A DNA stretch of 64,000 nt from Centroscyllium fabricii (Eukaryota): the NCBI GenBank assembly GCA_051313645.2, contig JBNRSN020000016.1:58714001-58778000 (forward strand). The letters run 5' to 3'. Of the stretch, positions 1 to 12,893 are shown piece after piece. The notes beneath the pieces are model-generated. The model made no database searches. It was given only the letters and a program-made list of their open reading frames with translations, and was not told the DNA's origin. The first letter of the stretch is position 1. Each line of letters begins with the position of its first letter. A program made the translations under genes and the position numbers.

Positions 1-1237
1 AAATCGTGCCTGACCAACCTGATAGAATTCTTTGAAGAGGTGACCAAGTGTGTGGACGAGGGAAAGGCGGTTGATGTCATATATATGGACTTCAGCAAGG
101 CGTTCGACAAGGTCCCGCACGGTCGACTCATGAAGAAAGTAAGGAGTTGCGGGGTAAACAACGAAGTGGTGGGATGGATTGAGAACTGGCTGGCTCAGAG
201 GAAGCAGAGGGTAGTGGTAGAGGGCCAATACTCGGGTTGGAGACCGGTCACCAGTGGGGTACCACAGGGGTCGGTGTTGGGGCCACTACTATTTGTAATC
301 TTGATCAATGACTTGGAGGGGACTGAGTGGTGGGTCAGCAAATTTGCGGATGACACAAAGATTGGGGGAGTAGTGGATGAGGAGGAAGGAAGTAGAAAGA
401 TTCAGAGGGATATAGATAGGATGCAGAGCTGGGCTGAAGAATGGCAAATGGAGTTCAACACGGGGAAATGCGAGGTGATGCACTTCGGTAGGGCAAATAG
501 GAAGAGGGAATATAGGGTCAACGGCAGGGTCCTGAGTGAAGCAGAGGAGCAAAGGGATCTGGGAGTATATGTACACAGATCATTGAAGGCTGCCACCCAG
601 GTGGACAAGGCAGTAAAAAAGGCCTATGGTGTATTGGCCTTCATCAACAGGGGAATAGAGTTTAAGAACCGGGAGGTCATGCTACAGCTGTACAGGTCAC
701 TGGTGAGACCACACTTGGAGTACTGTGTGCAGTTCTGGGCACCGTACTACAGGAGAGATGTGGAGGCGCTGGAGAGGGTGCAGAGGAGATTCACCAGGAT
801 GCTGCCGGGAATGGGGGGAAAGTCGTACGAGGAGAGGTTGAGGGAGCTGGGACTCTTCTCCCAGGAACGGAGAAGGAAGAGGGGGGACTTAATAGAGATG
901 TTTAAAATGATGAAGGGGATCGATAGAGTAAACGTGCAGAGACTGTTTCCCCGGGTGGGAAGAACGACAACAAGAGGGCACGAGCACAAGATTCAAGGAG
1001 GAAGATTCAGAAGGGATGGCAGGGGCAAGTTCTTTACGCAGAGAGTGGTCGGGGAATGGAATAGGCTACCATCTGAAATAGTAGATGTGGACAGTCTGGG
1101 TGCTTTTAAAAGGATGATAGATAGGTACATGGAGGGGAAGGAGGAGTAGGGGGGACAGGAAAAATCAGAGACGGACTAAGCGCGGCACTACATTGAGGGC
1201 TCAAGGGCCTGTACAGTGCTGTATGTTCTATGTTCTA
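1..1237 (+). mobile_element. CR1-type LINE 3' part (RT ORF2 open to stop at 1149, short 3' UTR, CTATGTT tail)
   Basis: [29 protein letters not shown] and [12 protein letters not shown] motifs. Confidence 0.93.
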
Positions 1238-2320
1238 TAGCTCTCTGGGGCAGCAAATTCCACAGCCGCACCACCCTCTGAGTAAAGAAGTTCCCCCTCA
1301 TCTCAGTTTTGAAATGGGAGCCCCTTATTTTAAGATTATGCCCCCTAGTCCTAGTCTCACCCACCATTGGGAACATCCTCATCGCATCCACCCGATCAAG
1401 CCCTCTCACAATCTTATATATTTCAATAAGATCGCCTCTCATTCTTCTGAACTCCAATGAGTAGAGGCCCAATCCACTCAGCCTCTCATCATATGTTAGC
1501 CCCCTCATCCCCGGAATTAACCTAGTGAATCTTCTCTGCACTGCCTCGAGAGCAAGTATGTCCTTTCTTAAATAGGGACACCAGAACTGCACGCAGTATT
1601 CCAGGTGTGGTCTCACCAATACCCTGTACAACTGCAGCAAGACCTCCCTGCTTTTATACTCAATCCCCTAGCAATAAAAGCCAACATTCCGTTGGCCTTC
1701 CTTACCACCTGCTGCACCTGCATATTAACTTTCTGTGTCCCCTGCACCAGGACCCCCAGATCCCTTTGCACTGAAGTACTTTCCAGTTCCTTTCCATTTA
1801 GATAATAACTCGCTCTATTATTTTTCCTGCCAAAGTGCATAACTTCACATTTTCCAGTATTATACTCCATCTGCCAAATCTCTGCCCACTCACTTAGCCT
1901 ATCTATGTCCTTTTGCAGGTTTTTAATCTCCTCCTCATTCATCACCCTCCCTCCCATTTTTGTGTCATCCGCAAACTTTGATATGTTGCACTTGGTCCCT
2001 TCTTCCAAATCGTTAATATAGATTGTAAAGAGTTGGGGTCCCAGCACCGACCCTTGCGGAACACCACTAGTGACTGACTGCCAGTCTGAGAACGAACCAT
2101 TTATCCCAACTCTCTGTTTTCTGTTAGAAAGCCAATCCTCCACCCATGCCAGAATATTACCCCCAACCCCGTGATTTTTATCTTGAGTAATAATCTTCTG
2201 TGGGGCACCTTGTCAAATGCCTTTTGGAAGTCCAAATACACCACATCCACTGGTTCCCCTTTATCCACCCTATATGTTATGTCCTCAAAGAACTCTAGCA
2301 AATTTGTCAAACATGACTTC
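1238..2320 (-). mobile_element. CR1 LINE RT fragment (frameshifted)
   Basis: Three consecutive minus-strand ORFs with CR1 RT motifs. Confidence 0.9.
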
Positions 2321-2322
2321 TG

Positions 2323-3491
2323 ACAAACAGGTTTCTGACCCGCTCACTCAAGGGCCTGGGAGGCTGACACAATTTTGCCTCAAGTGGCCAATTAAATCCC
2401 CACCTGTCAGAGCCGTTTTGAATACACACCTTACAGTCAGGAAGCGTGGGGCGTGCTTCCAGTTTGTGAACCACCAGCGGGCTTTTGATTAGACAACACC
2501 AGGTTATAATCCAACAGTTTTATTTTAAATCACAAGCTTTCGGAGCGCTGCTCCTTCCTCAGGTGAAGTGTCGAGATTCATTTAAACATAGCATATATAT
2601 ATATGCTATGTTTAAATGAATCTCGACATTTCACCTGAGGAAGAAGCAGCGCTCCGAAAGCTTGTGATTTAAAATAAAACTGTTGGACTATAACCTGGTG
2701 TTGTGTGACTTCTTGCATTTGTCCACCCCCGTCCAACACCGGCACCTCCACATCAGGGCTTTTGATTGACAGGCCTGAAGAGTTTCTATGCTGTGATTCA
2801 TAATGCAGTGTCAATAGCTCAGAAACCACAAAGTCTGATTGACAGTTGTGAAGTGGTTGTTTTCTTCCTGTTTTCACAGCATTATGATGTCATAATGCTA
2901 TGTAAACAGATGAAACCACAAATCTAAGAGTGACAGCTTTAACTAGGCTGGCTGTTTGTGGTTTCATTGGAATGTAAACAGAAACTGATCCCCTGGGTGA
3001 TTGACAGCTTGCTTCACAGACACAGCTCGCAGTGCGATGTCTGTGAATGACTGGGACACATCTGCAGGTAAGTGATTTTAAGTTCTTTGGGCATTGACGT
3101 TTGGCACCCTTGGGTGCCAGCTGCACCTCCAGCATGGTGGAGGCTAGCAAGCTGCTGTGTGGCTGCTGTACCCATGCCTTGAAGGTGGCAGTCACCCAGC
3201 CGATTGGGTGCACGTCAGCTTTCAACGGCGGTGTTCCCACCAGGCGGGTTTTAGGTGGGAAGAGGGTGAAAGTTGCAAGGGGCCCTTAAAATGGCATTAC
3301 CAATGCCAATTAAGGGCCCCTAATAAGCTTAACAAGCATCCCCGCCGATGCTGGGTGGGACTGATACGGGACAGTCAGTCCCGCCGGGTGAAACTGACAA
3401 ACGGGCGGGACGGGTCGCGGACCTCGCTTTTGCGATTTTTGTTGCAGTCCCTCCCAAAAACCCGCCCCACGGCCCGATGAAAATTCTGCCC
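2323..3491. mobile_element. Non-autonomous DNA transposon (Harbinger-like MITE), paralogue of 35826-36704, interrupted by a fold-back element
   Basis: Internal blocks shared in reverse orientation with 35826-36704; right end AAAATTCTGCCC. Confidence 0.55.
2491..2755 (+). mobile_element. Fold-back Penelope-like mini-element with hammerhead-like motif
   Basis: Near-perfect palindrome 2493-2704 plus single-copy tail; TSD GGGCTTTTGATT at 2479-2490 and 2756-2767; CTGAGGA..GAAA at 2635-2661. Confidence 0.8.
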
Positions 3492-4411
3492 AGAGAGTTT
3501 CATCACTCTAATATCTCAGAATGTACTACAGCCAATTCATCCACCCCAGCGCAAGAGGACAAGATTTTACAAGTTCTATGAACATTCATAACTACAAGCA
3601 TATAGACTTTATTCTATTCACTAGACTGGGTAACTGATGTTAATTTGTCAGCTATTTTAAGGTGTCTAATCCTAATCTGACCAATTTATAACAATTTCAG
3701 ACACCAATCTCAGCTGTAAATTTATAATCTAACGATGTGATGTAACTGAACTTCTTAAATGTGTTACTTTTTTAAAATCAATTCACCCTAATTAATTACA
3801 TACTCAATTTGAAGTGCTGCTAACTACGATTTTAAAGTGAATAAACAAATGTTAATTTAGAACCAAAATTGACAACACAGAAATAGTCCATTTGGCCCAC
3901 AGTCTGTGTTGGTGTTTATGTTCAACAAGCAGTCATCCTAATTCCATATGCCCACTCTCTTCTCCTATCCCTTTATTCCCCTTTCCTTCAATCACTTGTC
4001 TAACATATTCTTAAATGTTGACGGTCTTTGCTTCAATACTAACTGCAGTAGTGCATTCCACTTCTTTTTTGATAATGGTCAAGAAATGGTTAATTCTCTT
4101 ACTTAGTTTGTATGGAGCCTGTTGGGAAGTTGGTAGTGTAAATACTAATATAATCCGAACTGTTTGATGCAAGACAGTTCATCTAGCAAAATTTAGACAT
4201 CAATAACTCCTAGGCATAAACTGGGTGGTAAACCTGACGGTTCCTTGACAAGAAGTTACGGTGAAAGATTGAGGCTTCATCTAGTGCCCTTGAATAAATA
4301 TTCTTACCAGGATAACAATCAGTCTTCTTACACTCTCCTCTCCGCAACATAACTTTTAGCTCATCATGAGCAATAGCACAGGCAATCCACAACTTTCATT
4401 TATAAAGGAAG

Positions 4412-4750
4412 ACTTGCATTTATATAGTGCCTTTCACAACCTCAGGACGTTCCAAACTGCTTTACATTAAGTACTTTTAAAAAGTGTAATCACTGTTGCA
4501 ATGTAAGAAACATGGCAACCAATTTGCACACAGCAAGGTGATAATGACCAGATAATCTATTTTAGTAATGTTGGTTGAAGGATAAATATTGGCCAGGACA
4601 CTGGGGAGAACTTCCCTGGCAATTCTTCGAAATAGTACCATGGGATCTTTTATGTCTGTTTAAGAAAGCAGACATCTCATCCGAAAGACGGCACCTCAGA
4701 CAGTGCAGCACTCCTCAGCTCAGTACTGCACTGAAGTGTCAGCCTAGTGA
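4412..4750 (-). mobile_element. Deu-domain SINE (SacSINE1/AmnSINE1-like) with L2-type tail
   Basis: Reverse complement of the AAAGATCCCATGG...CCTGGCCAATATTTATCC block; tail AAGGCACTATATAAATGCAAG. Confidence 0.65.
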
Positions 4751-4986
4751 CTTTAATGTGAAGAATATCCCAATATGCTTTACAAATAGGTATAGTGAAA
4801 ACAGATGCTAAATCAGGGAGAGATTAGGAGTATGACTGGAAGACTAGTTGAAAATATGGATTTTGAAGATGGTGGGGGATAAATGGAAGAGGAATTGAAG
4901 GTATAATTCAGTCCCCATTTTAAAGTTAGAAATTCTGCCTTTATATTCATATTATAAACTCCTATGTCCACAATCATAATGGTAAC

Positions 4987-5295
4987 TGTGGTGAACTACT
5001 GTATTGCTCTGTATTGTATATAGTTACTTGTGGTGAACCACGGTATTGCTCTGTATTGTATATAGTTACTCTGTGGTGTATAAGTTACCTCTTGCCTACC
5101 TGAGATCTACCTGGGATGACTCAGCTGGCTCTGCCTCCTGGCTCCACCCACAGACTGCTGTATAAAGGTGGCAGCACTGCTGACCTCGTGGCATTTCAGG
5201 ACCAGATAGTGACAAGACCTGTACTCCAGTTCTTTGGTAATAAAAGCCTCAGTTATATTCTTAACCTCGTCTCGAGTATATTTGATCGTGCATCA
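4987..5295 (+). mobile_element. Solo LTR
   Basis: TG...CA ends, 5-bp TSD GTAAC, TATAAA at 5161, AATAAA at ~5239. Confidence 0.85.
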
Positions 5296-5513
5296 GTAAC
5301 CTGTCAAAGAGGTAGGTTTTAAGAAGCGTCTTACAGAGAGGCGGAGAGCCAATTCCAGAGCCTCGGGCCCAGGCAGCTGAAGGCATGGCCGCCAATGGTT
5401 GAGCGATTAAAATGGATACGTAAATAAACTTGTTGTGCTGTAATTGCAGAACCTTTGAGAGGTGTTGGCAGGAATTATACTCAGTGGTAGCACTTTCGCC
5501 TCTGAGTCAGAAG

Positions 5514-7055
5514 AACATAAGAAATTAGAGCAGGAATAGGCCACTTGGCCCCTCGAGCCTGGTCCACCATTCAATAAGGTCATGGCTGATCTAGGGCTCA
5601 AAGCCACTTCCCATCCCGCTCCCCATAACCCTTCACTCCCTTATCTTGCAAAACTTTGTCTATCTCCACTTTAAACGTAATAACCCAGCCTCCACAGCTC
5701 TCTGGGGCAAAGAATTCCACAAATTTACAATCCTCTGAGAAGATGTTCCTCATCTCAGTTCTAAAAGGGCGACCCTTTATTCTGAGACTGTGCCCCCGAG
5801 TTCTAGATTTCCCCATGAGGGGAAACATCCTCTCTGCATCTACCCTGTCGAGCCCCCTCAGCATTTTATAAGTTTCGATACAATCACCTCTCGTTCTTCT
5901 AAATTCCAATGAGTATAGGTTCAGCCTGCTCAAACTTTCTTCATAAGTCAACCCCCTCAGCTCAGGATTAGGGGTAATATACTGGCACGGGTGGAAGGTT
6001 GGCTATCTAACAGAAAGCAGAGTTGGGATAAATGGTTCATTCTCGGGCTAGCAATCAGTAACTAGTGGTGTTCCGCAGGGGTCAGTGCTGGGACCCCAAC
6101 TCTTTACAATCTAGATTAACGATTTGGAGGAAGGGACCAAGTGCAACATATCAAAGTTTGCAGACGATACAAATCTGGGAGGGAAAGTAATGAGTGAGGA
6201 CATAAAAAACCTTTCAAAGAGACATAGACAGGCTAAGTGAGTGGGCAGAGATTTGGCAGATGGAATATAATACTGGAAAGTGTGAGGTTATGCACTTTGG
6301 CAGGAAAAATCATAGAGCACGTTATTATCTTAATGGAAAGAAACTGCAAAGTACCACAGTACAAAGGGATCTGGGGGTCCTGGTGCATGAAACACAAAAA
6401 GTTAGTATGCAGATGCAGCAAGTGATCAGGAAGGCCAATGGAATATTGACTTTTATTGCTAATGGGATGAAGTATAAAAGCAGGGAGGTCTTGCTGCAGT
6501 TGTACAGGGTATTGGTGAGACCACACCTGGAATACTGCATACAGTTCTGGTGTCCATATTTAAAAGACATACTTGCTCTCGAGGCAGTACAGAGGTTCAC
6601 TTGGTTAATTCCGGGGATGAGGGGGTTGACATATGAGGAGATGTTGAGTAGATTGGGCCTCTACTCATTGGAGTTCAGAAGAATGAGAGGCGATCTTATT
6701 GAAACATAAGATTGTGAAGGGGCTTGATTGGGTCGATGCGGTGAGGATGTTTCCAATGATGGGTGAGACTAGGACTAGGGGGCATAATCTTAGAATAAGG
6801 GGCTGCCCTTTCAAAACTGAGATGAGGAGAAACTTCTTCACTCAGAGGGTGGTAAATCTGTGGAATTTGATACGCTAGAGAGCTGGAACATTAAATAAAT
6901 TTAAAACAGAGACAGTTTCCTAGAAGTAAAGGGTATTAGATGTTACGGGGAGCAGGCAGGGAAGTGGATGTGAGTCTAGGTTCGGATCGGCCATGGTCCT
7001 GTGGGTGGCGGAGCGGGCCCATGTGGCCTACTCCTACTTCTTGTGTTCTAATTCT
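5514..7055. mobile_element. Two CR1 3' fragments joined head-to-head (5514-5969 minus; 5970-7055 plus)
   Basis: CR1 RT C-terminal peptides on both strands, each ending in a CR1 3' tail. Confidence 0.85.
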
Positions 7056-7347
7056 ATGTTAGATGTCAGGAGATGGTTCCTTTCACAGGGAGTAGTGGAC
7101 CTCGGGAACAGGCTGCCAGCTGGGGCAGTGCATGATGATTCGCTGGAGTCCTTCAAGAGTAAATTGGGCCTGTTCCTGGCTGGGGTGGAGATCACCTCAA
7201 ACAGAAGGTAGGTACTGCAGGAAATTCAGGGCCGGAGTGATCTCCTGGACGAGTTTTGCTCGCCTAGATGGGTCGGAGAGGAATTTCCCAGATTTTCCCC
7301 CCAAATTGGCCTGGTTTTTTCACCTCTCCCGGGAGATCACATGGTTT

Positions 7348-7640
7348 CATAGAATCCCTACAGTGCAGATAGAGGCCATTTTGGCCCATCGAGCCTGCAC
7401 CGACACATATCCCACCCTATCCCCGTAACCCCCACATATTTAATCCCCCAACACTAAGGGTCAATTTATCATGGCCAATCAACCTAACCCGCACATCTTT
7501 GGACTGTGGGAGGAAACCGGAGGAAACCCACGCAGACACGGGGAGAATGTGCAAACTCCACACAGACAGTCACCTGAGGCTGGATTTGAACCCGGGCCCC
7601 TAGTGCTGTGAGGCAACAGTGCTAACCACTATGCCACCAT
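7348..7640 (-). mobile_element. tRNA-derived V-domain SINE (HE1-like)
   Basis: tRNA-like head (GGCATAGTGGTTAGCAC...GGTTCAAATCC) and V domain on the minus strand. Confidence 0.85.
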
Positions 7641-7764
7641 GTGTTTCGGGTGGGATGGAGAGTGAAAGTAGAGTTGAGGCTAAGATCAGATCAACCATGA
7701 TCTTACTGAATGGCGGAGCAGGCTCGAGGGGCCGATTGGCCTACACCTGCTCCTATTTCTTATG

Positions 7765-8100
7765 GAATTAACCTCGTGAATCATCTCTGAATTGCCTCCA
7801 ATGCAAGTATATCCTTCCTTAAATAAGGAGACCAAATCTGTACGCAGTACTCAAGGTGTGGTCTCATCAATACCCTGTACAGTTGTAGCAGGACTTCCCT
7901 GCTTTTATACTCCAACCCCCTTGAAATAAAGGCCAACATTCCATTTGCCTTTTTGATTACTTGCTGTACCTGCAGGCTAACTTTTTGTGTTTCATGCACA
8001 AGGACCTCCAGGTCCCTTTAACCTGTTGCATTTTGTAATCTTGATTACTTGCTGTACCTGCAGGCTAACTGTTTGTGTTTCATGCACAAGGACCCCCAAG
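7765..8100 (-). mobile_element. CR1 RT fragment with a local ~56 bp duplication
   Basis: [17 protein letters not shown]...RPHLEYCVQ; ~7952-8007 repeated at 8041-8096. Confidence 0.8.
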
Positions 8101-8495
8101 GTTGTGAGTTCAAGTCCCACTCCACAGACATGAGCACAAAAATCTAGGCTGACACTTCAGTGCAGTGCTGAGGGAGTGCTGGTCCGTCAGAGGTGGCGTC
8201 TTTCAGATGAGACATTAAACCGAGGTCCCATCTGCTCTCTCAGATGGGCGTAAAAGATCCCATGGCACTACTTTGAAGAGGAGCAGGGGAGTTATCCCTG
8301 GTGTACTGGCCAATATTTATCCCTCAATCAACAGCACTAAAACAGATTATCTGGTCCTCAATCTCACATTGCAGTTTGTGTGAGCTTGCTGTGTGCAATT
8401 GGTGCCACTTTACCTACATTACAACAGTGACTACACTTCAAAAGTACTTCATTGGCTTTAAAGCGCTTAAAGGTGCTATACAAATGGAAGTTGTG
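8100..8495 (+). mobile_element. Deu-domain SINE
   Basis: GTTCAAGTCCC B-box, TTAAACCGAGGTCC...AAAGATCCCATGGCAC Deu-like core, L2-like tail. Confidence 0.7.
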
Positions 8496-8695
8496 TTTAC
8501 CATTATGAATGTGGAGATAAGAATTTATAATATAAATATAGATCCAAGTCTTTCTTTTTCTTTTTAATGGGAAAAGAGGTATGTGCAGATATAAAATTTC
8601 AAGTATTAAAGAAATTCATAGTAAATAGCATAACTTACAGCAATCTGGGAAGCAAAGTTGATTGGAGCAGAGACGTTTTTTCAGTAAAAGCTAAT

Positions 8696-9461
8696 GGGGG
8701 TATTTTCCCAGAGGAGCGGGAAGCTGGCGGGGATTGTGCGGGTTGGGTTTCCGTCCCGCTCGCCCAAGGGCCTGGGAGCCCGCCAAAATTTTCCTTAATC
8801 AATTAAATCCCCGCATGCGGGGAGCCCCTGGTAATTGCCTCAATCGAGTCGGCAATCAGGGAGCTCCAGCGGGGATCGAGCAGCTTGACAGACAGTTCCA
8901 GGGACTGTTTGTTGACAGTCCCCATGGAAACACTCCACTGTGATGTCGGAAAGGCCAAGTGCTTTGACTGACAGGTGGACGGGCGGGCTGCAAATCTTTG
9001 ATAGTTAGGGAGCGTCTGTCAATGGAGCTGGCAAGGTAAGATTTTTACGTTTTTTTCCCCACAGCTGGTCTTCACTCAAGGGAGTCACTTACACCTCCAG
9101 GGTGTTGAAGGCCTGGAAAGCATTCTGCTCTAGGTCCTTCAAAACCTTGAAGGAGAAAGTGACCAAAGCCACTGTGCTCCCGCTGGGTTTCACCAACGAG
9201 GTTTCAGGATGGCGGGGTTTGGGTGGGAAGGAGCAGAAAATAGGCGAGGGCCCTTAAAATGGCATCGTGCAGACCAATTAAGGGCCCTCAATTACTTTAA
9301 CGAGCATCCCCACCGGCGAGTTTCGGGACGGCGGGACACGCCTGCTGAAACTTACAAGCCAGTGGCAATCTGGTGGTGGTGGGGGGGTCGCGATACCCCC
9401 CGGTTCCGTGATTTTAGGCCCCGCCCCATCGCCGCCCTCACGGACCGAGGAAAATTCCCCC
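8696..9461. mobile_element. Harbinger-like MITE
   Basis: Termini GGGGGTATTTTCC / GGAAAATTCCCCC; GC-rich subtermini. Confidence 0.6.
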
Positions 9462-9912
9462 CTGAGGAAGTGTTAAGATGCAAAACTAAAGCACTACAGC
9501 ACCACCACCAGCCGAGTTACAGCATGACAAGTTTGCATCTGCAGTTCTCATTATGCTATGATGGAAACAAGTTTAAACGAATGTGCATCAAAAATGTGAC
9601 AACAGGAAATAAAGTTTTGTGGACAGGAAGTGTACAGACATCAGATCTTTATTATATAAATTATACCCATTGTTATTTGAATATTGTGTAGCTAAATTTT
9701 CAAATCTCAGCTGAAAGGCAAGGGTAAACCAAAATATCGACACTGTAGATCTGTTTTGTTAGAATGGATGACCCTACATTTCTCTAAGAATTACTCCCAA
9801 CACTGGGACTGCTATAAAGTCTACTAGGTAAAAGGTCAGTCTGAAGCAGGGCAGTATCAATGAGAGCATGTTTACGATTCTGTTGCCGAGGGGACACATT
9901 CATGAACTCATT

Positions 9913-10986
9913 GGGCCATGTTTTCCTGTGGCCCGTTTGCCGCTGGTGCGCGCTCCCGAGCACCCGCGGCGCACGCGCACGTAATTTTTTTTTTCTGACG
10001 GCAATTTCCTGTGGGAAATGCCGTTTTTTTCCCAGCGGAGGGGTCTGGTTTTTTTTGGTGCGTGGTGCAAGCCACGCCCACTGAGGTCGGCTTTCCCCCC
10101 GCACAAAGCACAGAATCGGCCTGAGGATAAAGAATATCAGGTAGGGAAGCACCTTTTTTTTGGTTTTTTTAAGTTTCTAGGAAGCTGTTTTTTTTAAAGT
10201 ATCTGCCTTTTCTGCTGTTAGGATTTTTTTTGCTCCAGTGAAAAAAACACGTTTAAAGTTAAGTTTTTTTTTGATTCCTTTGCAGATATTTGTCTGTGGT
10301 CTTTCAGCTTGTAAATGGGTAGGGTTTTTTATTTTTTGGTGAAAGTGAAAAAAAAACGGGTTTCGAACGCGATGTCAGCAGCTGTGATGGCCATCTGAAC
10401 TCTAAAAAGAAACTCCGGTACCTGCACGCCTGACAATGTACTCTACTGTATGCATTTTGCATGTCATTTATTTATTTTTATTTGCACTACTCTCGGGAGA
10501 GTCGAGTCTTCGTCTCGTTGTATTGTACTAGTACTCTGCAATGACAATAAAACTTGAATTGAATTGAAAAAAAAGCTGCTGACATTGCGTTCAACACCCG
10601 TTTTTTTTTTCACTTTCACCAAAAAATAAAAAACCCTACCCATTTACAAGCTGAAAGACCACAGACAAATATCTGCAAAGGAATCAAAAAAAACTTAACT
10701 TTAAACGTGTTTTTTTCACTTCTCAAAGCTGCCTGCAGCCCTCTAAGACTGCTTTTTAAATGTGCAGCAAAAGAGAGACTTGCCCACATGATACACACGC
10801 ATTTTGAGCAGCTGCCACAGGAAATCTGCAGCTCAAAGTCTTCCTGGGTAGGAAGCTGAAGCCCCTTGCCCATCAGCACAGGAAATTCACGTTTCTGGTA
10901 ATCACCCGAGCTGCACCCCCCACGAGGCATTTCTGACCCCCCTTCGTGGGGGTGCAGCTCTTCTGGAGCACAGGAAAACAGGGCCC
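9913..10986. mobile_element. Harbinger-like MITE with internal inverted duplication
   Basis: TIR GGGCCATGTTTTCCTGTG / CACAGGAAAACAGGGCCC, 3-bp TSD ATT. Confidence 0.75.
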
Positions 10987-11208
10987 ATTAACTCCAAGGC
11001 ATCACTACAGAATAAGGCTCATAAGAGCTAGAAAAAAATGAAAATCCAATTAACCCGCTCCACTGGATCGGACTAGATTTAGTTACATCCTTCCATCTGT
11101 CATACTCCAGCTGGACTTAGCTGTTTTTTCTTTACAATTCAGAAAAACACAAACAAAATGACAGCTAATGATCTTGAAAAAGACGTCATCTACTTTAAAA
11201 AGTGAATA

Positions 11209-11904
11209 CAGGTTGAGCAGCGTTAATCCGCCACGGGCGGGACCAGGCCCGTGCCGGGAAATGGAAAAAACCGGGAGAAGGAGTTTGGACACTGCGCGTG
11301 CGCGCCATTCAAAATGGCCGCGCGCATGCGCGCAGCATTGCGATTGGCTGGCGCGCGCATGCGCAGATCGGGCCCGGGTCCGCCGTCCCTCTCCATCGCC
11401 TTTGGACAAATGCAAAAAGTCACACACCAGGTTTAAAGTCCAACGTTTTATTTTAAATCACAAGCTTTCGGAGCTCCGAAAGCTTGTGATTTAAAATAAA
11501 ACGTCGGACTTTAAACCTGGTGTTGTGTGACTTTTTGCATTTGTCCACCCCAGTCCAACACCGGCACCTCCGCATTATCGCCTTTGGGGTTGCTGCTGCC
11601 GCCGAGCGGGACTCAGGCTGACAGCTGTTGCCTAGTGACTGTCCGCCTCAGTCACGGGGCTCAGCTGTCGAGAAAATAACGGGCGGCCGTATTGAATTAT
11701 CTGCGCATGCGCTAACCGTCCGGTGACGCATGCGCAGATCATTCAAAACACCCGCAGCTGTTTTGAATGATCTGCGCATGCATCATTCGCTGAAGCCACG
11801 ATGGGGGCTGCCATTTTGCGCATGCGCAGTGCAGTTGGGGCAATTTGTGCCGGCAGACTGAAGCTGCCGGCTATTCGGGACGCGGATTAACGGTGCTCAA
11901 CCTG
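11209..11904. mobile_element. Tigger/pogo-like MITE (TA TSD) carrying a nested fold-back element
   Basis: TA|CAGGTTGAGCA..TTAATCCG ... CGGATTAACGGTGCTCAACCTG|TA; empty paralogue at 59891-60394. Confidence 0.85.
11404..11576 (+). mobile_element. Fold-back Penelope-like mini-element
   Basis: Palindrome centred on GGAGCTCC (~11470-11477) plus the shared tail; TSD ATCGCCTTTGG at 11395-11405 and 11577-11587. Confidence 0.8.
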
Positions 11905-11961
11905 TAATACATTTACAGATCTGATTACAGCTGGGGCAGAGAAAAACCGTCCTTTAATTAA

Positions 11962-12005
11962 TTTATTCAAACATACATCACCAAAATGGTCTTCAATGCT
12001 TTATT
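11962..12005 (-). terminator. Candidate NIP7 polyadenylation signals
   Basis: AATAAA on the minus strand at 12005-12000 and 11967-11962, about 770-810 nt after the stop. Confidence 0.45.
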
Positions 12006-12198
12006 AAAATATATGGAAATCAACTCTGAATGAACCGCATGCGTATCCGCATACATGCATCAGAGATACCTGATGACAATCCTATCTTGTTTCTGACCAA
12101 AACTATATTTCTTTAAAATAGATTGGAGTTCAGGGTTTTCAAATCAAGTCAAATCTACTAAATTAACCCATTATCTGAAATTTCAACATCATTTAAAC

Positions 12199-12457
12199 CA
12201 GCGGTCCCCAACCTTTTTTGGACCGTGGACCATTTTGGGCTAGTCAATTTTTTCACTGACCGGGGGGGGGGGGGGGGGGGGGGGTGCTGCCGGGGTTTTT
12301 TGACTGACCGGGGGGGGCGTCTTCCGTCTGTGCCTCGTTAAACGTCTTCCGAGGCACAGACGGAAGCGGTCCAAAAAAACATTTTTTAAAAAAGAGGCAC
12401 AGACCCTTCCTGCGGACCGGTGAAAATGTCCCGCGGACCGGCGGTTGGGGACCGCTG
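12199..12457. mobile_element. hAT (Charlie-like) MITE
   Basis: 15-bp TIR CAGCGGTCCCCAACC, perfect 8-bp TSD ATTTAAAC. Confidence 0.9.
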
Positions 12458-12773
12458 ATTTAAACCAACAAGTAAAACGGCCAAAAGTAACAGACTCACA
12501 ACAGTAACATTTTCCAAAAGGAAGTGCTCATGTGTACAATTTCTAAACAGTTCTGAAGTAACAACCTGCTAGGTTTACAAAAGATACCAACTTGCTATTA
12601 AATGTTAACAGTTCAGATGAAAGTTAGTTGAATTCACTTCCTGTCTCGATCAAATGGGTCGTGGTGCATTTCCTTGTGAGGATGTCGGAGGAAACGGTTT
12701 AGTAAAAGAGTGATCCCAGTTCATAATCTTCTTAGCTTGAGAACGAGTCTTTTTATGCGATCGGCAAGATGAA

Positions 12774-12893
12774 TTATGTCAGGGAGTCCTCGTTCCGAAT
12801 ATACTCACCAACATCAGCCTGGTGGAACACAACAATTGCCATAGGGTCTACTTTCCGACAGTCCTGAGTTGATTTTGCAGCAACTCCAAAGCC
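12774..12893 (-). CDS. NIP7: NIP7 coding exon 5 (stop)
   Basis: [42 protein letters not shown]. Confidence 0.95.
   Translation of the reverse strand, partial: GFGVAAKSTQDCRKVDPMAIVVFHQADVGEYIRNEDSLT

Noticed and set aside
4210-4392. Minus-strand ORF with a GTAAG donor-like site at ~4307
   Set aside because: No recognisable protein, no acceptor or partner exons, and it abuts a SINE tail.
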